A DNA stretch of 64,000 bases, taken from NCBI GenBank assembly GCA_963707915.1, contig OY970178.1, positions 672,001-736,000 of the forward strand. Reading direction: 5' to 3'. The translations under genes and the position numbers were made by a program. The notes under the pieces were generated by a model. That model worked only from the letters and a program-made list of their open reading frames with translations, was not told where the DNA came from and did no database searches. The stretch comes from Candidatus Eiseniibacteriota bacterium. GTDB taxonomy: Bacteria; Eisenbacteria; RBG-16-71-46. This document shows positions 56,504 to 64,000 of this stretch, in pieces. Numbering within the stretch: the first letter of the stretch is position 1; the number at the start of each line of letters is the position of its first letter.

Positions 56504-58129
56504 ATGAGCCGTCTGCATCCTGTCGTCGCCGGTCTCGCGTTCGCCTCGGTCCTCGCCGCCGCGCTCCCCGCGCATGCGGTGCGGGCGGGCGAGGCCCTGC
56601 CGGTGTTCGCGCCGGAGACGTTCGAGGCGCACCTGCGCTTCCTCGCCGACGACCTGCTCGAGGGCCGCGGGATCGGCACGCGCGGCGGACGGTTCGCCGC
56701 CGCGTACGTCGAGTCGGTGTTCCGCACCGCCGGGCTGCAGCCCGGCACGCGCGGCGGGTTCCTGCAGAAGGTCCCGATGGAGGCGTTCGCGCCGGACCCG
56801 CAGGCGAGCATCACGCTGGAGCGCGGGGACGCGCGGGCCCAGCTGTCCACGGGCGACGACTTCGCCGTGGTCAACTGCGGGCTGCCGGGCGGCGTGCTGA
56901 GCACCGAGCCGCTGTTCGTCGGCTACGCCATCAGCGCGCGCGAGGAGGACTGGGACGACTACAAGGACACCGACGTGCGCGGCCGCCTGCTCGTCGCGCT
57001 GGTGAACGAGCCGGGGCGCGACGACTCCACGCGGTTCCGCGGGCGCGCGCTGACCCTGCACGGGCGCTGGCGGACGAAGCTCGAGGAGGCGGCGCGACGC
57101 GGGGCCGCCGGCATGCTGCTGATCCACACCGACGCCGACGCGGGCTACTCCTGGGACGTCGCCCGCAGCACGGCGACCAAGCGCACGCTTGCGCTGGCGG
57201 ACGACCCCGTGCGCCTCCCGGTGGGCGGCTGGATCCGGGAGGCCGCCGCGCGCCAGCTCCTGCGCATGGCGGGCCAGGACCTCGACGAGCTGCGCCGGCT
57301 GGCCGAGCAGCGCTCGTTCCAGCCGGTGCGGCTGCCGGTCAGCGTGCGCATCGCGTCCCGCCTGTCCCGCAGCCCGCTGGCCGGCACCAACGTGGTCGGC
57401 GTGCTGCCCGGGGCGGGCCCGGACGCCATCGTGCTGACCGCGCACCTGGACCATCTCGGGATCGGCCGGGCGGTGGACGGCGATTCGATCTACAACGGCG
57501 CCGTGGACAACGGCACCGCCCTGGCCGTGCTCCTCGGGCTCGCGCAGGGCTTCGCGCGCGCCGGCTCCGCATCGCATCCCACGCTGGTCTTCGTCGCGGC
57601 CGACGCCGAGGAGGAGGGCCTGCTCGGGTCGCTCTACCAGGTGCGGCACCCCGCAGTCCCGCTGGAGCGGACGCTGGCCGCCCTCAACTTCGAGATGTCC
57701 AATCCCTGGGGCCTGACGCGCGACGTGCTGCTCATCGGCGCCCCGTTCGCCGCCTTCGCCCGCGCGCTCGCGCCCGTGCTCGGCCCCCGCGGCATGCGCG
57801 TCAGCCGCGACCCGGCCCCCGAGCAGGGCTTCATGTTCCGCTCGGACCAGCTCGCCTGGGCCCAGGCCGGCGTCCCCGCGGCATGGATCGACGGCGGGAC
57901 CGACTACGTGGGCCGACCGGCCGGGTGGGGGGAGGCGAAGCGCGCCGAGTACCGCGCCCGGACCTACCATCGCCCCACGGACGACGTGCGCGCGGACTTC
58001 GACTACTCCGGGCTCGCCCAGCTCGCCGAGATCTCCGCCGCGCTCGTGCAGCGGATCGGAGCCGGCGGCACGGCCGCGTGGAAGACCGACCCGGAACTCG
58101 TGGGCATGCGGAGCAGCGCGAGCCGCTGA
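56504..58129 (+). CDS. Exported M28-family metallopeptidase with PA domain
   Basis: LADDLLEGRG, TAHLDHLG, YNGAVDNG, AEEEGLLGS, RSDQ, YHRPTD; signal peptide. Confidence 0.92.
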   Translation: MSRLHPVVAGLAFASVLAAALPAHAVRAGEALPVFAPETFEAHLRFLADDLLEGRGIGTRGGRFAAAYVESVFRTAGLQPGTRGGFLQKVPMEAFAPDPQASITLERGDARAQLSTGDDFAVVNCGLPGGVLSTEPLFVGYAISAREEDWDDYKDTDVRGRLLVALVNEPGRDDSTRFRGRALTLHGRWRTKLEEAARRGAAGMLLIHTDADAGYSWDVARSTATKRTLALADDPVRLPVGGWIREAAARQLLRMAGQDLDELRRLAEQRSFQPVRLPVSVRIASRLSRSPLAGTNVVGVLPGAGPDAIVLTAHLDHLGIGRAVDGDSIYNGAVDNGTALAVLLGLAQGFARAGSASHPTLVFVAADAEEEGLLGSLYQVRHPAVPLERTLAALNFEMSNPWGLTRDVLLIGAPFAAFARALAPVLGPRGMRVSRDPAPEQGFMFRSDQLAWAQAGVPAAWIDGGTDYVGRPAGWGEAKRAEYRARTYHRPTDDVRADFDYSGLAQLAEISAALVQRIGAGGTAAWKTDPELVGMRSSASR

Positions 58130-58281
58130 TCCGCGTCCGCCGGATGGCAACGGGAGCGCCGGAAGCGTCGCTTCCCCGCGCCGCCCTCACGCGGTAGGGT
58201 GCCGGCATGCCGCCTCCCCGTGCGCCCGCGGGCCGCGGGGTCGATCCGTCCCGCAACGTCCCAGGTCACGGGAGCCCTGCC

Positions 58282-60270
58282 ATGCGACGCCTCGTCCTTG
58301 CCGCGCTAACGCTCACCGTCGTGCTGTCCGCCCCACCGGCGGCGGCCGCGACGGACTCGCCCGCTCGCCCCACGATCCAGCAGTTCCTTCGCATCCGCAC
58401 CCCCGGCGCCCCGGTCATCCTGCCGGACGGCTCGCTGCTGCTGCGCGACTGGCCGGACGGCGTGCGCCAGCTCTATCGCGTCGTGCCGAAGCTGCGTGAC
58501 GGACAGGAGCCCTCGTACCAGCCGGGCGAGGCGACGACCCTCCGGCTCACCGACTTCCCGGACGGGCTCTCGGGCTTCTCGCTCTCGCCCGACGGGAGCA
58601 AGGTCATCCTCTCGCATGCGCGCGGCGGCAACGAGAACACGCAGCTGACCCTGCTCGACCCGCTGGCGGAGCCCGGCAAGGGACTCACCCCGCTCTTCGC
58701 GAACCCGAAGGCGCAGGCCGCGGTGAACGCCTGGCTGCGGGACGGCTCGGGCTTCGTCTACTCGGCGAACGACGAGAGCCCGAACGACTTCTACCTCTAC
58801 CGCTACGACTTCGCGACCGGCCGCACGACCCGGCTGCTGGGGGAGAGTGGCTCCTGGTCGGCCCAGGACATCACGGACGACGGCCGGCGCCTGCTCGTGC
58901 AGAAGTACCTCTCGGCTTCCGACGCGCAGTGCTACGAGCTGGACCTCGCCACCGGCCGGCTGAAGGACCTGACCATCCGGCCCGAGGGCGGGACCGCCGC
59001 CTGCTCGTTCGCGGGCTACATGCCGGGCGAGCGCTCCGTGCTCATGCTGTCGGACCTCAAGGACGGGATGCAGCGCCTGTACCTGAAGGACCTCAGGAGT
59101 GGCGCGGTGCGCGAGCCGGTCCCCGCGCTCGGCCGCTTCGAGCTGGACGGCGCCGGTCCCAACGACGGGCGCGACTACCTCTTCGCCATCGCGAACGAGG
59201 ACGGCTACGGCGTCCTGAGCGTCTTCACCCTGCCGGACTTCAGGCCGGTGCCCATGCCCGCGACGGACCCCGGGGTGATCTCCGTCGCCTCGTTCCGGGG
59301 CCCCACGCTGGTCTGGACGCTCGGCAACTCCCGCACGGCCGGCACCGCCTCCGCCACCACCTTCACGCGGCCCGCCCGCGGCCCCACGACGCAGCACACG
59401 CGCCAGCTCACCTGGACCCAGGACCAGGGCATCGACCTGAAGAGCTTCCCGCTGCCCCGGCTGGTCCGCTACCCCGCGTCCGACGGCCGGCAGATCCCCG
59501 CCTTCCTGTTGCTGCCGCCGGGCCACGTCGCGGGGACGCCCGTCCCGTTCGTGATCGAGTACCACGGTGGCCCGGAGGGCCAGAGCCGGCCGGGCTTCAG
59601 CGCCACCGACCAGTACCTGCTCTCGCGCGGCTTCGGCATCCTGCTGCCGAACGTCCGCGGCAGCACCGGCTACGGGCGGGCCTACCAGATGCTCGACGAC
59701 TACAAGGGCCGCTGGGGCAGCGTCCGCGACGGGGTCGACGCCGCCGAGTGGCTGGTGAAGAGCGGGTACGGCGCGCCCGGGAGGATCGCCGCCTACGGCG
59801 GCTCCTACGGCGGCTTCATGTCCGTGGCCTGCGTCGTCGAGGACCAGGAGCGCGTCGAGCGCGGCGAGCGCCCGGAGCGCCTGTTCGGCGCCTGCGTGGA
59901 CATCGTGGGCATCGTGAACCTGAAGACCTTCCTCGAGAAGACCAGCGGGTACCGGCGCAAGCTGCGCGAGGTGGAGTACGGCCCGCTCACCGATCCGGAG
60001 TTCCTGACCAGCATCTCGAGCCTCGAGCGCGTGGACAAGATCCGGGTGCCGGTCTTCATCGCGCACGGCTTCAACGATCCGCGCGTGCCGGTGCAGGAGG
60101 CGATGCAGCTGGCGACGGCGCTGAAGGAGCTCGGCCGCGAGCCGCGCCTGTTCGTCGCCCCCGACGAGGGACACGGCTTCGCGAAGCTCGACAACCGGGT
60201 CTACTTCAACGAGCGGATGACGCAGTTCCTCGACGAGACCATCGGTGGCGGGAGGGGGGCGGCCCGGTAG
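58282..60270 (+). CDS. Exported S9-family prolyl oligopeptidase / acylaminoacyl peptidase
   Basis: HGGP, PNVRGSTGYG, GGSYGG, NDPRVP, DEGHGF catalytic triad; N-terminal propeller; signal peptide. Confidence 0.93.
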   Translation: MRRLVLAALTLTVVLSAPPAAAATDSPARPTIQQFLRIRTPGAPVILPDGSLLLRDWPDGVRQLYRVVPKLRDGQEPSYQPGEATTLRLTDFPDGLSGFSLSPDGSKVILSHARGGNENTQLTLLDPLAEPGKGLTPLFANPKAQAAVNAWLRDGSGFVYSANDESPNDFYLYRYDFATGRTTRLLGESGSWSAQDITDDGRRLLVQKYLSASDAQCYELDLATGRLKDLTIRPEGGTAACSFAGYMPGERSVLMLSDLKDGMQRLYLKDLRSGAVREPVPALGRFELDGAGPNDGRDYLFAIANEDGYGVLSVFTLPDFRPVPMPATDPGVISVASFRGPTLVWTLGNSRTAGTASATTFTRPARGPTTQHTRQLTWTQDQGIDLKSFPLPRLVRYPASDGRQIPAFLLLPPGHVAGTPVPFVIEYHGGPEGQSRPGFSATDQYLLSRGFGILLPNVRGSTGYGRAYQMLDDYKGRWGSVRDGVDAAEWLVKSGYGAPGRIAAYGGSYGGFMSVACVVEDQERVERGERPERLFGACVDIVGIVNLKTFLEKTSGYRRKLREVEYGPLTDPEFLTSISSLERVDKIRVPVFIAHGFNDPRVPVQEAMQLATALKELGREPRLFVAPDEGHGFAKLDNRVYFNERMTQFLDETIGGGRGAAR

Positions 60271-60273
60271 CGG

Positions 60274-61260
60274 TCACCGCCCCGCGCCCGGCGGCTCGCC
60301 TCCGCCCCGCCGCGAGGCGTCGCGCGGGCTGCCGCCGAAATCCATGCGGCGCAGCGCCGTCGCGGTGATCAGCCCGATGACGATCATCGCGACGGCGAAG
60401 CCGAGGTACGCGATCCGCCAGTTGATGCCGCTGGTCATCATGCTGTACTCGGACATGCCCCCGATCCCCGCGATCAGGTTGAGCGGCAGGAACACCACGT
60501 TGATCCGGGTCAGGTTCTTGAGCAGCTGGTTCATGTTGTTGTTGACCAGGCTGCCGCGGGCGTCCATCAGCCCCGAGAGCACCGTGGAGTAGATCTCCGC
60601 CTGCTTGAAGCACTGGTCGTTCTCGATGACCAGGTCGTCGAGGAACTCCAGATCGGCGGTGGAGAACCCGGTCTTCTCCGCGTGGACCCGCAGCCGCGCC
60701 AGCGCGACGCCGTTGGAGTTGATGGCGTTGAGGTAGTAGATCAGGCTCTCGCTGAGGTTGAACATCTGGATGAGGTGCTTGTTCTCCATCGAGGTGTTGA
60801 TCTTCTGCTGGAGGTCCCGCGCGATCATCTTGATGACCTTGAGGTGCTCGAGGTAGTGCTGGATGGTGTGCGCCAGCAGCCCGAGCAGGACGTCGGCGGG
60901 ACGGTGGAACGCGGGAACATGCCGGGCCCCGCTGGTCAGGGGCAGGGTGTCCGTCACGATGACGGCCATGCGCCGCTCGAGCAGCAGGATCCCGATCGAG
61001 GCCACGTCGAAGTAGAACGTGTCCCTGCCCGAGTAACTGGTCGGCCGTTTCCAGATCAGCAGCACGCGGCCGGGCGCCAGCTCGACGCGGGGCACCTCGT
61101 CGGGGTCCAGCGCGGAGGACAGCGTGTGCTCGTCCAGGCCGAAGCCGGTGCGCAGCAGGTCCCGCTCGGCGGCGTCGGGGTTCACGAAGACCTGGATGGC
61201 GGGGTCCAGCGAGGTGGCCGGTACCATGGCGCCGTCCGCCAGGTCGAAGAGTTGGATCAT
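60274..61260 (-). CDS. CorA-family Mg2+/Co2+ transporter
   Basis: SALDPDEVPRVE, NNNMNQLLKNLT, PLNLIAGIGGMSE (GMN-like), two C-terminal TM helices. Confidence 0.92.
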   Translation of the reverse strand: MIQLFDLADGAMVPATSLDPAIQVFVNPDAAERDLLRTGFGLDEHTLSSALDPDEVPRVELAPGRVLLIWKRPTSYSGRDTFYFDVASIGILLLERRMAVIVTDTLPLTSGARHVPAFHRPADVLLGLLAHTIQHYLEHLKVIKMIARDLQQKINTSMENKHLIQMFNLSESLIYYLNAINSNGVALARLRVHAEKTGFSTADLEFLDDLVIENDQCFKQAEIYSTVLSGLMDARGSLVNNNMNQLLKNLTRINVVFLPLNLIAGIGGMSEYSMMTSGINWRIAYLGFAVAMIVIGLITATALRRMDFGGSPRDASRRGGGEPPGAGR

Positions 61261-61485
61261 CTGCGCCTCCCGCAGCGGGTGCCGGTGGACCTCGGGGACA
61301 TCGCGCTGCGTTCGAAGCATGGGAGCCCCACCCGCGGACCGGTCCCATCCGATCCGCGCGTCCCGCAGCCGCGCACCGGCCAATATGGCGCGGGTGCGCA
61401 TGCCGGGCAAGCGGGCCCGCGCGGGCCGGCCCACGCCACGCGGCGGTCGCTTGACGCGGGCCGCGCGGCTCCCGAACATGCCGCC

Positions 61486-62748
61486 ATGAACCCGCTCCCG
61501 ACGCAGTCCCCGCTCGCGCCGTCCCGCTTCCCGTTCTACCCCGCCGTCTCGAGCATCCACGACGGCCAGGCGCTCCGCGACCTGGTCGAATCCTACGCGG
61601 CGCCGCTGCGGGCCCTCGGGGGCGAGGCGTGGGCGCCCGCCGCCGGGCCGGCGTCGTCCACCCCGCTGGTCTTCGTCGCCACCGGCGGCACGGAGCGCCT
61701 GATCCTCGACGGCGCGGGCTTCGACGCGCGCGAACCGGCTTTGCTGGTCGCGCACCCGGGGCACAACTCGCTGCCGGCCGCGATGGAGGTGCTCGCGCGC
61801 GTCCAGCAGCTCGGCATCCGCGGGGAGATCGTCTACCTCCGCGGGCCGGAGGACGACGCCGGGCTGCAACGGCTCGCCGCGGCACTCCACGACCGGCAGG
61901 TGCGGCGGGCCCTCCGCGCGAGCCGCATCGGGCTGGTGGGGGAGCCGTCGGACTGGCTGGTCGCGAGCAGTCCTCCGCTCGCGACGGTCACCGAGGTCTG
62001 GGGGCCGGCCGTGGTCCCGGTCCCGCTCGAGTCGATCCTCGCCGACCCCGACGCCGAGGTCGCGGCCCGCGGAGCCGCTCTCGCCGACGATTTCCGTGCG
62101 GGCGCGAGCGCGCTGGTGGAACCGGCGGAGTCCGACCTGCTGGCCGCCGGAAACGTTTACGAGCTGCTCCGCCGGGTGGTGCAGGCCGGGCGCTTCGACG
62201 CGGTCGCGGTGCGGTGCTTCGACCTCGTGGTGCGCAAGCGGACCACCGGCTGCCTGGCACTGGCCCGCATGAACGAGCAGGGCGTGATCGCCGGCTGCGA
62301 GGGCGACCTGATCGCCACCGTCGCGATGCTCTGGGTCCGCCGGCTGCTCGGCAGCATCTCGTGGATGGCCAACCCGTCACGGATCGACCTGGACGGCCCC
62401 CGCCTGAGCCTCGCCCATTGCACCGTCCCCCGCAGTCCGGGCGGCGCGTATCGCCTGCGCTCGCACTTCGAATCGGGCCTGGGGGTCGGCATCCAGGGCA
62501 CGCTCCCCGCCGGCCCGGTCACGCTGGTGCGCATCGGCGGCGCCCGCATGGAGCGGCTGCTGGCCGTCGACGGGGACCTCGTCCGCAACACCGACCACCC
62601 GGACCTGTGCCGCACGCAGGTCGAGGTCGAGGTCGGCCGCGACGTGTTGCAGGAGTTGCTCGACCGGCCGCTCGGCAACCACGTGGTGGTCGTGCCGGGT
62701 CACCACGCCGCCGCCCTCCGGCGGTGGCACGGGACGATGATCGCCTGA
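61486..62748 (+). CDS. L-fucose/L-arabinose isomerase-like protein (short type)
   Basis: HNSLPAAME, RCFDL, GCEGD, WMANP, AHCTVP, RSHFESG.GV, CRTQV, LGNH. Confidence 0.75.
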   Translation: MNPLPTQSPLAPSRFPFYPAVSSIHDGQALRDLVESYAAPLRALGGEAWAPAAGPASSTPLVFVATGGTERLILDGAGFDAREPALLVAHPGHNSLPAAMEVLARVQQLGIRGEIVYLRGPEDDAGLQRLAAALHDRQVRRALRASRIGLVGEPSDWLVASSPPLATVTEVWGPAVVPVPLESILADPDAEVAARGAALADDFRAGASALVEPAESDLLAAGNVYELLRRVVQAGRFDAVAVRCFDLVVRKRTTGCLALARMNEQGVIAGCEGDLIATVAMLWVRRLLGSISWMANPSRIDLDGPRLSLAHCTVPRSPGGAYRLRSHFESGLGVGIQGTLPAGPVTLVRIGGARMERLLAVDGDLVRNTDHPDLCRTQVEVEVGRDVLQELLDRPLGNHVVVVPGHHAAALRRWHGTMIA

Positions 62749-63638
62749 TGCTCCGACCCGCCGGACAGAGCGCGCCGGAACCCTGCCGGCCGGCGCTGGT
62801 CGTGCTCGACTTCGACGGGACGCTGACCGACGCGGACGCCCACGCTCCGGCCTTCCACGAGGCCTCCGGCCGGGAGCTGGCGCGCCGGCTCGGCTGGGAC
62901 GACGCCACGCTGAAGTCGGAATGGCGGCGCGCGCGGGGCGCGGTGGCGCGGCTGCCGGCGAGCGCGGCGTGGATGGTGGACGGGCGTGGAGTCTGTCCCG
63001 CGGCGGCCGACCCGTACCTGGTCGCGAACAGCGTGACCCGGCGGCTGCTGCGCGAGCACCGCCCCGGCCTCGACGACGCGGCGCTCACCGCCGGCGTGCT
63101 CGAGGTGCACCGCGCGACCTACCAGCGCGTGGCGCCGCCCTTCCGGCCGGACGCCCGCGGGCTGCTCGAGGCGCTCTGCGCGGACGGTCTCCACGTGCGG
63201 GTGGTCACCAATTCGGACACGCGCGCCGTGGCCGCGATGCTGGACGCGCTGGGCTTCGCCGGCCGGCAGCGGGTGGTCGTGCGCGGGGAAGCGGGCAAGT
63301 TCTCGGTCTGCGCGAGCTCCCGACCGGACGAACGCTTCGACGCGCTGCCGGAGACCGTGGACTGGCCGGGGGTCGGCCGGCCGATCCACCTGCGCCGCGG
63401 CAGGTACTTCGACCTGCTGCGCGCCGCCTGGGACGAGACCGGCACCGCTCCGGCGTCGACACTGGTGGTGGGCGACGTCTTCGAGCTCGACCACGCCATG
63501 CCGGCCGCGCTCGGGACTCACGTCCACCTGGTCACGCGCGCCGGCACGATGCCCCACGAGGAGAGGCTGGCGCGGATGATGGTCCGGGGCGACGCCGACG
63601 GGCGGCTGGCGGCCATCGTGGAGCGGGTCCTCCGATAG
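62748..63638 (+). CDS. HAD-superfamily hydrolase
   Basis: Motif I LDFDGTLTD, motif II VVTNS, motif IV VGDVFELD; TGATG coupling. Confidence 0.85.
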   Translation: MLRPAGQSAPEPCRPALVVLDFDGTLTDADAHAPAFHEASGRELARRLGWDDATLKSEWRRARGAVARLPASAAWMVDGRGVCPAAADPYLVANSVTRRLLREHRPGLDDAALTAGVLEVHRATYQRVAPPFRPDARGLLEALCADGLHVRVVTNSDTRAVAAMLDALGFAGRQRVVVRGEAGKFSVCASSRPDERFDALPETVDWPGVGRPIHLRRGRYFDLLRAAWDETGTAPASTLVVGDVFELDHAMPAALGTHVHLVTRAGTMPHEERLARMMVRGDADGRLAAIVERVLR

Positions 63639-63906
63639 CCGGGGCCGTCACGGCGCGGCGGCGTCCTTCGCCGGCCCGGGACCCGCGGCCGGGCGATCGT
63701 CCGCGTCCTTTCGCGCGGTGGGCGACAGGCCGCCGTGCTCATCCACCGGCGGGCGCCGCTGACCCTGCTTCCGCCACGCCGACTCCCGCGCTCGTCACCC
63801 GATTGCACCCTTCCCACGGCATGCGCGCGCGGTGTACTCTTCCCGCTTCCGCCGCCAGCCCATGGCGGCCATCCATTTTGGCGCCACGCGCCTCGGGAGG
63901 TCTTCG

Positions 63907-64000
63907 ATGGCAGCACAGCCCGCCGTCCCCACGTACGCCCCGCGCGGCTACGAGTTCGCCGACGCGGGCCTGGCCCGCAACTGGATCGGCGGCGAGTGGC
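63907..64000 (+). CDS. Probable aldehyde dehydrogenase-family protein (3'-truncated)
   Basis: GGAGG SD; MAAQPAVPTYAPRGYEFADAGLARNWIGGEW; NWIGGEW is a typical ALDH N-terminal motif; only 31 codons are visible. Confidence 0.5.
   Translation, partial: MAAQPAVPTYAPRGYEFADAGLARNWIGGEW

Overview
High-GC bacterial chromosomal window, mostly + strand. The FlgD-Ig/T9SS-like C-terminal tail on a secreted GH57 and the gene order suggest an FCB-related candidate phylum such as Ca. Eisenbacteria (inference only). Contents in order: tail of an uncharacterised membrane-protein cluster; lipoate/octanoate ligase; an Opp/Dpp ABC transporter broken by many single-base indels; a 730-bp structured intergenic region with a sigma54-type promoter and a candidate ncRNA; a bacterial microcompartment (BMC) operon (2 BMC-H, 1 BMC-T, 3 BMC-P, aldehyde dehydrogenase with encapsulation peptide, no signature enzyme); housekeeping genes (HU, a 31-aa bS22-like ribosomal protein missed by the ORF track, RNase R, PilZ, aroA-cmk-plsC-rpsA, mutS, yitJ-like); an apparently circularly permuted SpoIVB/S55 protease plus a beta-propeller partner; pgeF; a large SurA/PpiD-like foldase; mutL-miaA-tRNA-Gly-der-plsY-gpsA-merR-tRNA-Pro; a NikR-regulated Ni/Co ECF transporter; surE-pcm-tRNA-Pro-acyP-sigma70-apt; a cold-shock gene; secreted hydrolases (GH57, M28, S9); peroxiredoxin; CorA; a fucose-isomerase-like protein; a HAD hydrolase; and the start of a probable aldehyde dehydrogenase. 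No CRISPR array, rRNA, integrase or transposase was seen. All family calls come from motif recognition by eye; no database searches were run.
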